Source: an uncultured delta proteobacterium (GTDB lineage Bacteria > Desulfobacterota > Desulfuromonadia > Desulfuromonadales > JACZKF01). From it: a DNA stretch of 64,000 nt. Within the stretch, counting starts at the first letter, position 1. The number at the start of each line of letters is the position of its first letter. Below, one piece after another: positions 32,447-43,507 of this stretch. Under the pieces are notes generated by a model. The model was not told the origin of the DNA. It saw only the letters and a list, made by a program, of their open reading frames with translations, and made no database searches. Both the position numbers and the translations under genes were made by a program. Where the stretch lies: assembly GCA_963816395.1 (NCBI GenBank), contig CAWFKQ010000005.1, positions 320,001 through 384,000 on the forward strand, given 5' to 3'.

Positions 32447-33410
32447 ATGAAAGCGATTCGGGTAGAGGAATTCGGTGGTCCGGAGGTGATGCGAATCCAG
32501 GAGGTTCCCGACTTGCGGCCGGGCCACGGGGAGATGGTGGTGCGGGTAAGGGCGGCGGGGATCAACCCGGTGGACACCTATATCCGCGTCGGGGAGTTAT
32601 GCCCGCAAGCCCCCCCTCCCCTACACCCCCGGGCAGGACGCGGCGGGAACCGTGGAGGAGGTCGGCGAAGGGGTCGGTCATCTGCGCAAAGGGGATCGGG
32701 TCTACGTTGCGGGGAGCCTCAGCGGCACCTATGCCGAGCTGGTGCTCTGCCGGCAGGAGCAGGTGCACCCGCTGCCGGAGCGGGTTTCCTTCGCCCAGGG
32801 GGCGGGAATCGGCACCCCCTACGGCACCGCCTGGTACGCCCTGTTTTTCCGGGCGCACGCCCTGCCGGGGGAATTCGTCCTGGTGCACGGAGCGAGCGGC
32901 GGCGTGGGAACCGCTGGCGTGCAGATCGCCCGGGCCGCCGGCCTGCAGGTGATCGGCACCGCCGGCAGCGACCGCGGGAGGGAACTGGTCCTGGCCCAGG
33001 GCGCCTACCACGTCCTCGACCACCAGCAGCAGGGTTACCTGGAGGCCATTCCCCGCCTCACCTGCGGGCACGGCGCCGATGTGGTGCTGGAGATGCTGGC
33101 CAATGTCAATCTCGGGCGAGACCTGCAGATCCTCGCCCCCGGGGGGCGGGTGGTGGTGATCGGCAGCCGCGGCACCGTGGAAATCGATCCCCGCGAGGCG
33201 ATGGGGAGGAATGCCGCCATCCTCGGCATGGTGCTGTTCAACGCCACCGAAAGCGAGCAGCGCACCCTGCACGCCGCCCTCGTCGCCGGCCTGGAGAACG
33301 GCACCCTGAACCCGGTGGTCGGCCGGGAGCTGCCCCTGGCGGAAGCCGCCCGGGGGCATGAGCAAGTAATGGCGTCAGGGTCGTACGGCAAGATCATCCT
33401 GGTGCCGTAG
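32447..33410 (+). CDS. NADPH:quinone reductase (zeta-crystallin-like), one frameshift
   Basis: MKAIRVEEFGGPEV, GINPVDTY, LVHGASGGVG, GKIILVP. Confidence 0.9.
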
Positions 33411-33439
33411 ACAGGACGGCTCAGTGGGGGAGAAATCGG

Positions 33440-34345
33440 TCAGGCGATGGCGGCGCCCTGGACGGCCAGCCGGCCGGAGCGGCCGGGGATGGTCGCCATG
33501 ACGACCTCGTGCACCGGCAGCGCTTCATCGCGCAGGGTGCGGTGCAGGCCGGAGAGGGAGACCAGCTCGTCTCCCCTTTCCCGCCAGCCCTGCAGAAGTT
33601 CCTCGAAGAAGGGAAGATAGCGCATCCCCTCCAGTTCGGCATGCAGGGTGTAGACGTGGCCGTGCGGCGCCGGACGGCTGCTGAGCTGCAGCAGGTGAGC
33701 GGCCAGGCCGGCTTCCGTCAGGCCGCCGGTGCCGAGCAGTTCGTCCAGAGTGGGGAGGGTGGTGGGGAGTTGCGGGCAGGAGAAGACCGTCCCGCCCATG
33801 GCCGGCAGGAAGGGATGGCTGCCGCGGGTGTCGCTGCAGCAGGCAAGGCCCATGGCGTCCTGCAGGCGCAGCGCCGCGGCGCTGGTCTGCCATCCCGGAG
33901 CGCCGCAGGTGCGGGAGGGAGCGGCGAAGATCTCCCGGAAGCGGTCGGCGGCCAGGGTCAGTTCGCGCCGCGTCCACTCGTAGTCCCTGGCGGTCACCTG
34001 ATCCTGCCAGCGGACATGGTCCCAGCAGTGAATGCCGACCTCAAAGCCGGCATCCCGCACCTGCCGCATGATCCCGGCGCATTTGCGGCCGATGTCCGGA
34101 CCGGGCAGCAATGTGCCATAACAGAGGGTTTTCCAGCCGTAGTTGGCCCCGACGCTGGTCCGCGCCACCTTGCGCAGGAAACCGCGGCGGAAAATCCGGC
34201 GGATGGAGCGGCCGGTATGGTCGGGGCCGAGACTGAACAGGAAGGTGGCCTGGGCGCCGCAGCGCCGCAGCGCCGCCGCCAGCGCCGGCACCCCCTGGAG
34301 GGTGCCGCGGTAAGTGTCGACGTCGATTTTCAGAGCGATCTGCAT
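33440..34345 (-). CDS. arnD: 4-deoxy-4-formamido-L-arabinose-phosphoundecaprenol deformylase
   Basis: LKIDVDTYRGT, FSLGPDHTGR, PTTLPTLDE, TLHAELEG; arn operon context. Confidence 0.88.
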   Translation of the reverse strand: MQIALKIDVDTYRGTLQGVPALAAALRRCGAQATFLFSLGPDHTGRSIRRIFRRGFLRKVARTSVGANYGWKTLCYGTLLPGPDIGRKCAGIMRQVRDAGFEVGIHCWDHVRWQDQVTARDYEWTRRELTLAADRFREIFAAPSRTCGAPGWQTSAAALRLQDAMGLACCSDTRGSHPFLPAMGGTVFSCPQLPTTLPTLDELLGTGGLTEAGLAAHLLQLSSRPAPHGHVYTLHAELEGMRYLPFFEELLQGWRERGDELVSLSGLHRTLRDEALPVHEVVMATIPGRSGRLAVQGAAIA

Positions 34346-34351
34346 AGAAAC

Positions 34352-34428
34352 CAGTTAGAGCTTTCAGTTATCAGTTAGCAGTTTTCAGTTTTTTCAGCCT
34401 TCCACTGATAGCTGCTAACTGAAAACTT
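34352..34428. repeat. 7-mer hairpin element, TCAGTTA type
   Basis: TCAGTTA TCAGTTA GCAGTTT TCAGTTT ... CTGATAG CTGCTAA CTGAAAA. Confidence 0.85.
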
Positions 34429-34432
34429 GTTG

Positions 34433-35473
34433 TCAGATCAGCCCGCGGGCTTCCGCCACCTGTCCCCGGTAGAAATCGAAGATCAGATGCAGCGCCTGGC
34501 GCATGTCCACCTGCGGCTGCCAGCCGAGCTCGGCGCAGGTGTTGTCGATTTTCGGCACCCGGGTCTGCACGTCCTGGTAACCTTCGCCGTAGTATTCCTG
34601 CGACAGCACCTCCACCAGCCGCACCTTTTCCGCCGATTCCCGGTACTCTTCGATGCTGCGCCCCAGGTCCAGCATCATCGTCGCCAGCTCGCGCACGGAA
34701 AAGTCGTTGACCGGATTGCCGATGTTGTAGATCTTGCCGCTGGCCACCCCGTCCGGGTTCTCGATGATGCGCAGCAAGGCGTCGATGCCGTCGCTGACAT
34801 AGGTGAACGCCCGCTTCTGGCGGCCGCCGTCGACCAGGCTGATGTTTTCCCCGCGCACGATATGGCCGAGGAACTGGGTCAGTACCCGGGAGCTCCCTTC
34901 CTTGGGGGTGTGGATGCTGTCCAGGCCCGGGCCGATCCAGTTGAAGGGGCGGAAGAGGGTGAAATCGAGCCGCCCTTCCATGCCGTACCCCCAGATGACC
35001 CGGTCCATGAGCTGCTTGGCGCAGGAGTAAATCCAGCGCGGCTTGTTGATCGGTCCGAGCACCAGCTCCGACTGGTAGGGATCGAAGGATTCGTCCCGGC
35101 ACATCCCGTAGACCTCGGAGGTGGAGGGGAAAACGATGCGTTTGCCGTACTGCACGCACTGGCGGACGATCGGCAGGTTGGCCTCGAAATCGAGCGAGAA
35201 GACCCGCAGCGGATCCTTCACATAGGTGGCCGGGGTGGCAATGGCCACCAGGGGCAGGACCACGTCGCACTTGCAGACATGGTATTCGACCCATTCCCGG
35301 TTGATCGTGATGTCCCCTTCGAAGAAATGGAAACGCGGATGCGCAAGCAGGTCGGCCACCCGCTCCTGGTTCATGTCCATGCCGTAGACGTGCCAGTCGG
35401 TGTCATCGATGATGCGCTGGCTGAGGTGATGGCCGATGAAACCGTTGACGCCCAGGATCAATACCTTCTTCAT
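34433..35473 (-). CDS. arnA: UDP-glucuronic acid oxidase/decarboxylase (ArnA C-terminal half, stand-alone)
   Basis: LILGVNGFIGHHL, FPSTSEVYG, RWIYSCAKQLMDRVI, RPFNWIGP. Confidence 0.92.
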   Translation of the reverse strand: MKKVLILGVNGFIGHHLSQRIIDDTDWHVYGMDMNQERVADLLAHPRFHFFEGDITINREWVEYHVCKCDVVLPLVAIATPATYVKDPLRVFSLDFEANLPIVRQCVQYGKRIVFPSTSEVYGMCRDESFDPYQSELVLGPINKPRWIYSCAKQLMDRVIWGYGMEGRLDFTLFRPFNWIGPGLDSIHTPKEGSSRVLTQFLGHIVRGENISLVDGGRQKRAFTYVSDGIDALLRIIENPDGVASGKIYNIGNPVNDFSVRELATMMLDLGRSIEEYRESAEKVRLVEVLSQEYYGEGYQDVQTRVPKIDNTCAELGWQPQVDMRQALHLIFDFYRGQVAEARGLI

Positions 35474-36403
35474 GCTTCTGCTCCAGGTTGTAATAAATGC
35501 CCGCCGAACAGGGTGGACAGCTCACCGGCCGGCAAGGCCGGAGCGAATTCATGGGCCAGGATCTCCAGTCGACGGCCGTCCCGGCAGTCGGCATAGAGCC
35601 TGTTGCCCTCCAGGTAAAGGCAGGGGGCGGCAGTCGGATGACGGGCGGCTTCGCTGTCGATCCGGCTGCGCAGTATCCGCAGGGTCCTGCCGGCCAGGGT
35701 GGTGAAGGCGCCGGGATATGGCGGGGCCACCGCCCGGATCAGGTTGTGGATCCGTTCGGCGGAGAGCTGCCAGTCGATGCGCCCGTCCGCCGGCCGCCGG
35801 CCGCCGAAATAGCTCCCCTGCCGCAGGTCGAGAGGGATGCGGGGCGCCTGCCCGGCAACCAGCAGCGGCAGGGAGCGGTGCAGGACCAGCTCGGCCGCCC
35901 AGGTGACCTTGTGGAACACCTCCAGGGCGGTATCGTCGCCCAGGATCGGCACCGCCTGCTGATCGACCAGGGGACCGGCGTCCGGCTTCAGCTCCATGTA
36001 GTGCAGGCTCGCACCGGTCTCCCGCTCGCCGTTGATGATGGCCCAGTTGACCGGGACCCGGCCGCGGTAGCGCGGGAAGGAGCGAGCCGTGCATGTTGAG
36101 GGCACCGCGGCGGGGGATGGACAGCAGCCCCTCCTTGAGCATCTTGCGGTAATAGAAGGAGAAGATGAAATCGGGCTGCAGCTCGCGCACCCTGGCGATC
36201 ACTTCAGGGGTATTGGGGTCCTCCGGGGTGATCACCGGGATGTCGTGCCGCTGCGCCAGTTCGGCGACGCTGGCGAACCAGAGGGTCTCGCCCGGGTCAT
36301 CCCGGTGGGTGACCAGCAGGGAAACTTCCATCCCCCCATCGAGCAGGACCGACAGGCAGCGGTAGCCGACGTTGTGATAGGCGAAGACCACGCACCGGTT
36401 CAC
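35470..36403 (-). CDS. UDP-L-Ara4N formyltransferase (ArnA N-terminal half, stand-alone), frameshift
   Basis: VVFAYHNVG, PDFIFSFYYR, NMHGSLLP / YRGRVPVNWA. Confidence 0.88.
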
Positions 36404-37398
36404 TTCCCGGCCTCCTGCAGCGGCTGACACACGGGCGATTCCTCCTCGAGAATGCCGCTGATCAGGTAGCGGGGACGCTCCCGGACCTGCTGGTAGATGC
36501 GCCCGACGTATTCCCCCAGCAGGCCGATGCCGAAAAGCAGGATGCCGATGAGGAAAAAGGTGATGGCGAAGAGGGTGAAGACCCCCTCCACTTCCGGGCC
36601 GATGATCAGCCGCCGCAGCACGAGGTAGATCACCAGGATGCCGGAGAGAAGGGAAATGGCCATGCCGGCGAGGGAAAACATCTGCAGCGGCACCACCGAG
36701 AAGGCGGTCATCAGGTCGAAGTTGAGGCGGATCAGCTTGTAGAGGGAATATTTCGACTCCCCCGCCTCGCGCTCGGCATGCTCGACGACGATTTCCGTCG
36801 GCCTGGCCGCATAGAGATAGGCCAGGGCCGGGATGTAGGTATTGAGCTCGCGGGTAGCGTTGATGGCGTCGATCACGGCACGGCCATAGGCGCGCAGCAT
36901 GCAGCCCTGGTCGGTCATCCGGATGCGGGTGATGCGCTGGCGCACCTTATTCATCAGGCGGGAGGCGGCCTTGCGCCAGAAGATGTCCCGGCGCTTGTTG
37001 CGAATCGTACCCACGTAATCGAACCCCTCGTCCATCTTCGCCAGCAGCTTGCCGATTTCCTCCGGCGGGTTCTGCAGGTCGGCATCCAGGGTCACGATCC
37101 GCCGGCCGCGGCAATGCTTGAAGCCGGCCAGGATGGCGGCATGCTGGCCGAAATTGCCGCTGAACAGGATCACCCGGGTCTCGGCCGGCCGCTTCTCGTA
37201 CTGCTCCCGCAGCAGGGCGGCCGAGCGGTCGGCACTGCCGTCCTCGACGAACAGGCATTCGTAGGAGCGCCCGGTGGCATCGAGGGCCCGGTAGAGGCGA
37301 TCGAACAGGGCGGGGAGCACCGCCTCTTCGTTGTAGACCGGGATCACCACCGAAATTTCCGGTAGCGGTTCCCCCTTGATTTTACTTTTGGTTGCCAT
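36400..37398 (-). CDS. arnC: Undecaprenyl-phosphate L-Ara4FN transferase
   Basis: ISVVIPVYNEE, NFGQHAAI, TLDADLQNPPEEI, two C-terminal TMs. Confidence 0.9.
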   Translation of the reverse strand: MATKSKIKGEPLPEISVVIPVYNEEAVLPALFDRLYRALDATGRSYECLFVEDGSADRSAALLREQYEKRPAETRVILFSGNFGQHAAILAGFKHCRGRRIVTLDADLQNPPEEIGKLLAKMDEGFDYVGTIRNKRRDIFWRKAASRLMNKVRQRITRIRMTDQGCMLRAYGRAVIDAINATRELNTYIPALAYLYAARPTEIVVEHAEREAGESKYSLYKLIRLNFDLMTAFSVVPLQMFSLAGMAISLLSGILVIYLVLRRLIIGPEVEGVFTLFAITFFLIGILLFGIGLLGEYVGRIYQQVRERPRYLISGILEEESPVCQPLQEAGK

Positions 37399-37413
37399 AT
37401 GGGCGTCAATCCT

Positions 37414-37484
37414 GTAGGGGCGCCGCTTGCTGCGCCCGATTTGCCGGGGATAATCCACCAGGGCGCAGCAAGCGGCGCCCCAAC
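37414..37484. repeat. GTAG-type REP doublet (REPIN-like)
   Basis: GTAGGGGCGCCGCTTGCTGCGCCC ... GGGCGCAGCAAGCGGCGCCCCAAC; 24-bp arms with 1 mismatch and a GTAG foot. Confidence 0.85.
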
Positions 37485-37509
37485 GTGGTATGTCGAAGGC
37501 TCATGCACC

Positions 37510-38636
37510 TCAGCCCCCGGACAGCACCTCGCGCAGGGCGCGGCAGACCCTGTCCACATCCGCCGTCTCCATGCCCGGGAAGAGCGGCAGGGTGACCGTC
37601 TCCCGGCCGATGCGCTCGGCGTTGGGGAACTGCCCTCCCCGGTACCCCATGGCGCGGTACAGGCTGAACAGGTGCAGGGCCGGGTAATGGATGCCGATGC
37701 CGATCCCCCGCTCCTTCATCGCCTGCTGAAAGGCGGTCCGGCTGAGGCCGAGCCGCTCGAAGGGAAGCAGCAGGGTGAACATGTGCCAGCTGTGCCCGGC
37801 ATCGCCCGGCGCCGGCAGTACCCCCGGCGGCTCCTCCCGGAAGGTTTTCCAGGTAGCGGGCCGCCAACAGGCGGCGTTTGGCGTTGAACTCCTCCAGCCG
37901 TTTCAGCTGTCCCAGCCCGACGCGGGCGGCGACGTCGGAGAGGTTCATCTTGCCGCCGGCGACGGTGACGTCCATTTCTCCCGCCGAGTCGCGGGAGATG
38001 CCATGGAAGCGCAGTTTGTCCAGGCGGGCGAGGAGCGCCGGATCGCCGACCGAGAGCGCTCCCCCCTCGATGGTGGTCATGTTCTTGTTGGGATGGAAGC
38101 TGAAGCCGACCAGGTCGCCGAAGGCGCCGATCCGCCGCTCCCCGCCAGGCGCTGCCGATGGCGTGGGCGGCGTCTTCGATGACCCGCAGACCGCGGCGCT
38201 CGGCCAGTCGGTAGAGCGCGTCCATGTTGACCGGCAGGCCCGAGAAATGCACCGGCATGATCGCCCGGGTGCGCGGGGAGAGGGCCGCTTCGACCTGCTC
38301 CAGGTCGAGGTTGCGGGAGGCGAGCTCGACATCGACGAAGACCGGCCGGGCGCCGGCGCGCACGACCACGTTGGCGGTGGCGGCGAAGGTCATCGCCGGC
38401 ACGATCACCTCGTCCCCGGGCCCGATGTCGCACAGGGCCAGGGCCACTTCCAGCGCCGCGGTACCGGAGCTGAAGGCCCGCACCGTCCGCCCGCCGCCCA
38501 GGTAATCGGCCAGGGCCGCCTCGAAAGCGCTCACCTGCGGGCCGGTGGCGAGCCAGCCGGATTGGAGCACTTCCACCACCCCCTCGATCGTCTCCTGATC
38601 GAGGGTGGGCCGGGTAAAGGGGAGAAACTCGGTCAT
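37510..38636 (-). CDS. arnB: UDP-4-amino-4-deoxy-L-arabinose aminotransferase (DegT family), frameshifted
   Basis: FLPFTRP, IEDAAHAIG, FSFHPNKNMTTIEGG, TLPLFP. Confidence 0.9.
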
Positions 38637-38692
38637 TGCTCTTCTTTCTTCAAAATGCCGATGCCCTGATAAAAGAAAGGGGAAACCCAGTC

Positions 38693-38825
38693 AGGCTGAG
38701 CAAAAATGCCCAGATGCAAGGCCGCCTGAGATTATCCTTCGGCATAAGGGGAGGCCGAGGGTACGTCGTTGGCGAAGGATACAAGCCGCCCAACGCCGCA
38801 GAAGGGGGTTATTAATCGGCCGCCT
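38693..38825. mobile_element. Probable MITE-like element with imperfect terminal inverted repeats
   Basis: AGGCTGAGCAAAAATGCCCAGATGC ... GCAGAAGGGGGTTATTAATCGGCCGCCT; ends resemble (from recollection) IS5/IS1182-like AGGCTG..AAAA termini. Confidence 0.55.
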
Positions 38826-39200
38826 GAGCAGCTGCGGGCGACGATATAGACGCCGACAATAATCACCCCGATCCCCAGCAGGCGGAAGGGTGTCACCGCC
38901 TCGCCGAAAAGGACGTAGGCAGCGGCGGCGTTCACCACATAGCCGATGGACAGCATCGGGTAGGCGATGCTGACTTCGACCCGGGACAGGGCGAGAATCC
39001 AGATGACGACGCTGATGACATAGCAGCCCAGGCCGCCGAAAATATGCGGTTCGAAGGCCAGTCGCCAGCCGGCGGCAACCAGGCTTTCCCACTTCAGCTG
39101 GATGGCGCCGAGGCTGCGCACACCCGGCCTTCAGCAACAGCTGGGCGGCGGCGTTCAGCAGGACGCCGATCAGGATCAGAATGAAACTGGTCGGATTCAT
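38732..39200 (-). CDS. EamA/SMR family L-Ara4N-phosphoundecaprenol flippase subunit (ArnE/ArnF-like), frameshift
   Basis: LLNAAAQLLLKAG, WILALSRVEVSIAYPMLSIGY; C-terminus runs into the MITE-like element. Confidence 0.82.
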
Positions 39201-40849
39201 GGTTTGGTCACCACCACTCGCCGCGGGTCGCGGGCGATCTCGCGCATGGGGATGTCCTGCCGGCGCAGCGCGGTAAAAGGGCGGGCGACATCACCGCCAG
39301 GGCCTTCGGCTCCGCCAGCCAGCGGGCCACGAAGCCGGGAACATCCGGAACCCACTTCTGCGGTTCCCGGGAAATCCCGAAATCCAGCTCCCCCCGGCTC
39401 TTGACCAGGGTCAGCGTGCGGTTCAGATAGAAGGGAAGAGTCTGATCATAGCGGCCGACACAGTAAAAAGGGATGTCCGAGGTATTGTAGGGAGCAACCT
39501 GGTGGGCGAGAGCATGCGCGGAATAGGAAGGGGTCAAGGCCTGCGCCCCGGTGAGCCAGAGGTGCACGGCGAAAAACCAGCTCAAGGCCAAGGTCCCGAT
39601 AACCCTTTCGAATCTCGCCTGCCGAAGCCACCGCCAGGCCGCCAGGGTTCCCAGCAGAATCAGCCCTAAACCTGCCGTCAACCATGGGGTGAGGGCGGCA
39701 TAGAGTTCCGCCGGGGCACTGGGCCGGCCGAAACGTTCGAGGCCGAACGTCAGCACGAACAGCAAACCGCCGAGGGCGAAAAGGCCGGAGAGCAGGGTGT
39801 TCCAGCGCAGTTGCGACCGGGCCGGGCTGGCCAGCCGCAGGCCGATAAGCAGCGCCAGCGCCGGGAATACCGGCTCGATGTAAGGAGGCAGCTTGGAATC
39901 GGAGAGGGAAAAGAAGACCAGGATGGCCCCCCCCCAGGACCAGAGGAAACGCTGCGCATCGAAACCTTCCGCGCGGTTCCTGCCGGCGCCATCCCTCGGT
40001 CAGCACCGCCAGCTGCTGCGGCATCCAGGGAAGACTGCCGACGATCAGGATCGGCAGAAAAAACCACCAGGGTTCATAGCGATGATGCACCTTGGTGAGA
40101 AATCGCTCGAAGTGTTCATGGATGAAAAAGAAATGGAAGAAATCGGGGTTCTTCAGAGAGACCAGGATGAACCAGGGCGCCCCCAGCAGCAGGAAGACGG
40201 TCAGCCCGGAACCAAAATGCAGACGTCGCCAGAGTTTCCAGTCCCGCTGCAGCAGGGTATAGAGCACCACGGCGCCGGCAGGCAGGACGAGCCCGATCAG
40301 CCCCTTGCTGAGCACCGCCAGGGCCGCGCTGCCCCAGGCCATGAGCATCCAGGACCGGCTTTTCCCGCCCTCGGCGGCGGCCTGCTGCGCCAGCAGAATA
40401 CCGACCATGCTTGCGGTCAGGAAAAAAGTCAGCCCGGTATCGAGGGTATTGAAGCGGCCGAAGGAGGCGAAGTAGATCGTGCTGGCGAGCGCGACGGCGG
40501 CATAGAGGCCGGTGCGGCGGTCGAAAAGGCGGCGCCCGGCCAACCAGACCAGCAGGACGGTGCCGAAGCCGGTCAGGTACGACCACAACCGGGCCGTCCA
40601 GTTATGCAGGCCGAAGGCGCTGTAAGCGGTTGCCGTTGCCCAGTATTGCAGCGCCGGCTTTTCAAAATACTTGAAGTCGTCCAGGCGGGGGGTCAGCCAG
40701 TCTCCGCTTGCCACCATTTCCCTGGGGATCTCGGCATAGCGGCCTTCGTCCGGATGGAACAGGTCGCGGTACTGGATATTACTGAACCACACTACCGCCA
40801 GGAGGAGAATAATCAGAGCGTGGTTGCGGATCTTCGAGGATTCATTCAC
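39197..40849 (-). CDS. arnT: 4-amino-4-deoxy-L-arabinose transferase (GT39/GT83), frameshifted
   Basis: PDEGRYAEIPREM, YFEKPALQYW, LSKGLIG, FFFIHEHFERF. Confidence 0.88.
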
Positions 40850-41038
40850 AGCGGGTATGCCGGTTGGTTCGGAGAGCGTCAGCAGGCCTTGCGGCGACCA
40901 GGGGATCTCGGGTTTCCCTATAGAGTACTTGCTTCAACGACCCGCCGAGTCTACACCTGAGCCCCAGGAATGGAAAGAGAAAAGATCGACCACCGGGGCC
41001 GGGGCTGCCGCCGCTTCCGGCCAGGGGCGGTGGTTTAT

Positions 41039-41293
41039 CTAGAACAGGATGACCCCGATCAGCCCGAGAACGGCCACCCCGATGGCCCCCACCGCCAGAA
41101 CAATGGCGGCGATGCTCAGCAGGCCACCGCCGATGCGCGGTGAAGCGGCCATGACCAAGCCGATGATGCCGAGGGGGATGGCCACCAGCGCCGCAATCAA
41201 TCCGTAGACCGGGTGAGCGGTAAAGGTGAGGAAATAACTGGCGATGGCGGCGATGATGGAAACCGTTGCGCTGGTACCGGCTTTCTGTTCCAT
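41039..41293 (-). CDS. Small hydrophobic membrane protein
   Basis: 84 aa with three hydrophobic segments. Confidence 0.6.
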   Translation of the reverse strand: MEQKAGTSATVSIIAAIASYFLTFTAHPVYGLIAALVAIPLGIIGLVMAASPRIGGGLLSIAAIVLAVGAIGVAVLGLIGVILF

Positions 41294-41484
41294 TAATTTT
41301 TCCCCGGGTGGAGGCGGCCGGCGACCTGCGGCCGCGAATTATCTCCAGTTTATCACTGTTGAAGAGCAAGAAAACCATCTCCGGGCCGCTTTGCTCCAAC
41401 AGAGAAATTTTCTGCTTGCGAGTTTAGACATTCGGGAGAAAGGTTTTATTCTTTCAGGAGGGTCAAGCAACTTATGGAGAGAAA

Positions 41485-41979
41485 ATGACGAACCAGGAAC
41501 CTGCCTACATTTCCCGGGTACGCATCGAACGCCTGAAGGGGCCGATCCGCCTGGCCTATCTGCCAGCAGAAAAAGAACCGGTGGTCTTCGGCATGCACGG
41601 ACCGGTGGCGGAGCACTACGGCCGCAGGGCGGAGGAAGTAAGAGAGCCGCACGCCACTACCCTCGACTACGTGGTGGCGGCGACCGGCGGCTGAATGGTC
41701 GGCACTTTTGCCGGCGCGCTGGAAGCGCGTCAGATCCCCGCCGGCGGGGGGCGTCTAACCGCCGAAGTCCGCGGTGAAATCGAACTCGAAGACAATGTTC
41801 TGGTCATCCGCCGCATCCATATCGTCTATCACCTCACGGCCACTCCCGGCCAGCAGGAAACCATCGACCGGGTCCAACGGATCCACCATCAGGGGTGCCC
41901 GGTCTACCGTTCGCTGCACAAGGGAATCGAGATCACCTCCGAAGTGCAAATCAAGGAGGAGCAGGCGACTACCGGTTGA
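41485..41979 (+). CDS. OsmC-family protein with in-frame TGA (probable selenocysteine)
   Basis: ORFs 41485..41694 and 41695..41979 are in the same frame: DYVVAATGG-TGA-MVGTFAGALEAR...HHQGCPVYRSL. Confidence 0.85.
41712..41731 (+). promoter_or_regulatory. Candidate bacterial SECIS hairpin
   Basis: GGCGCGCT-GGA-AGCGCGTC stem-loop; apical G lies 27 nt after the TGA. Confidence 0.6.
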
Positions 41980-42103
41980 AATTTCCGCTTCGGGCCGCGG
42001 CCCGGAGATAAGCTCGCGATTGGGAACCGCTCAGGATCCGGGATATCGGGGTGCGGAGTGGAGGATGCGGGCTCGGGGGCGGAACGCTCCGGTTCACATC
42101 CCT

Positions 42104-43072
42104 TTAGCGAAAGACGCTCAACACCAGGTAGGCGAGGTAGCCGAAATAGCAGGCCACGAGCACCGCACCTTCACACCGGTTGATCCGACCGCCCCCCCGC
42201 AAACCGTAGCCGATGGCAAAAAGGGAGAGGGTCAGGATTCCCATGACCAACATATCCCGGGAGAGCACTTCCGGGGCAACGGTCATGGGGTGAATCGTTC
42301 CGGCGATGCCGACCACCGCCAGGGTGTTGAAGAGATTTGAACCGATGACGTTGCCCAGGGCGATGTCATGCTCGCCTTTGCGGGTGGCGATCACCGAGGA
42401 GGCCAGTTCGGGCAGCGAGGTGCCGATGGCGACAATGGTCAAGCCGATGATCAGGTCGCTGACCCCGAAGCCACGGGCGATCTCCACCGCCCCCCAGACC
42501 AGAATACGAGAGCTGACGATCAGCAGCACCAGACCGAGCAGCAGACGGAAGATGGCCCGGCCGAGAGGCATGGCATGCAGTTGGAGTTCCTGCTCCGTCT
42601 CCCTGCCGAGGGGGTCGGCCCCCTGGCTCAGACCTTGCCGGATGGCCCAGGCCATCAGGGCGGCGAAGACGCCCAGCAGGACGACTGCATCGGCGCGGCT
42701 AAGCTCCCCGTCCCAGAGCTGAAAGGCGGCCAGCACCGTCACGGCGATCAGGATCGGCAGTTCCTTGCGCAGCACCTGCGAATGGACGGAAATGGGGCTG
42801 ATCAGCGCCGTCAACCCAAGGATCAGGGCAATATTGGTGATATTCGAGCCGTAGGCGTTACCCAGGGCGATCCCGGGATTGCCCTGCGAGGCAGCCAGGG
42901 CCGAGACCACCATCTCCGGCGCCGAGGTGCCGAAGCCGACGATAACCATGCCGATCAGCAGGGAGGGCATGCCGAAATAACGGGCCGTAGCGGCTGATCC
43001 TTCGACAAAATGGTCGGCGCTCCAGACCAGGAGCGCCAGACCGAATAAGAGGGCAAGAGAAGCCAGTGTCAT
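42104..43072 (-). CDS. Calcium/sodium antiporter (YrbG/CaCA family)
   Basis: Two alpha repeats: GFGTSAPE..GNAYGSNITN and AIGTSLPE..GNVIGSNLFN. Confidence 0.92.
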   Translation of the reverse strand: MTLASLALLFGLALLVWSADHFVEGSAATARYFGMPSLLIGMVIVGFGTSAPEMVVSALAASQGNPGIALGNAYGSNITNIALILGLTALISPISVHSQVLRKELPILIAVTVLAAFQLWDGELSRADAVVLLGVFAALMAWAIRQGLSQGADPLGRETEQELQLHAMPLGRAIFRLLLGLVLLIVSSRILVWGAVEIARGFGVSDLIIGLTIVAIGTSLPELASSVIATRKGEHDIALGNVIGSNLFNTLAVVGIAGTIHPMTVAPEVLSRDMLVMGILTLSLFAIGYGLRGGGRINRCEGAVLVACYFGYLAYLVLSVFR

Positions 43073-43090
43073 ATACCTGAGTGACCTTCT

Positions 43091-43507
43091 CTAATTTTCA
43101 CGCTCGGCTCTTTCAAAGGCAGCTTGCGCCCCAGGCAGGTCCCCGAGTTTACTTCGTGCCCGGCCGATGATCCGCCAGTTTTCAGTCAGCAGGCGCTTGT
43201 CATCCCCGCCGAGGGCATTGGCTTTGGCAGCGAGGTTTTCCGCTTGCCGGTATTGTCCCTGATCCAGTCGGACGCGCGCCAGTTCCTGCCACAGCAGGGG
43301 ATTGCGCGGTTCGATGCGCAAGGCGCGTTCCAGCGAGGCGCCGGCGGCCTCCGAACGGCCGGCGGACAACTGGGTTTGTGCCTGGCCCAGCAGGGCCACC
43401 ACCGCCTCGTTCCGCGACGGTGGCGGCGGCGCACCCGGCTGCAGCCCCGCACACCCGGCAAGAAGCAGGACCGCGGCAATTATCGAAGCACTGCGCATTC
43501 CGGTCAT
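43091..43507 (-). CDS. TPR-containing lipoprotein
   Basis: Lipobox LLAGC, then LERALRIEPRNPLLWQELARVRL. Confidence 0.8.
   Translation of the reverse strand: MTGMRSASIIAAVLLLAGCAGLQPGAPPPPSRNEAVVALLGQAQTQLSAGRSEAAGASLERALRIEPRNPLLWQELARVRLDQGQYRQAENLAAKANALGGDDKRLLTENWRIIGRARSKLGDLPGAQAAFERAEREN

Noticed and set aside
41307..41318. Displaced ssrA 3' fragment (att repeat) GGTGGAGGCGGC
   Set aside because: An 11/12 match is plausible by chance in GC-rich DNA, and the intervening genes (mrcB etc.) look chromosomal.
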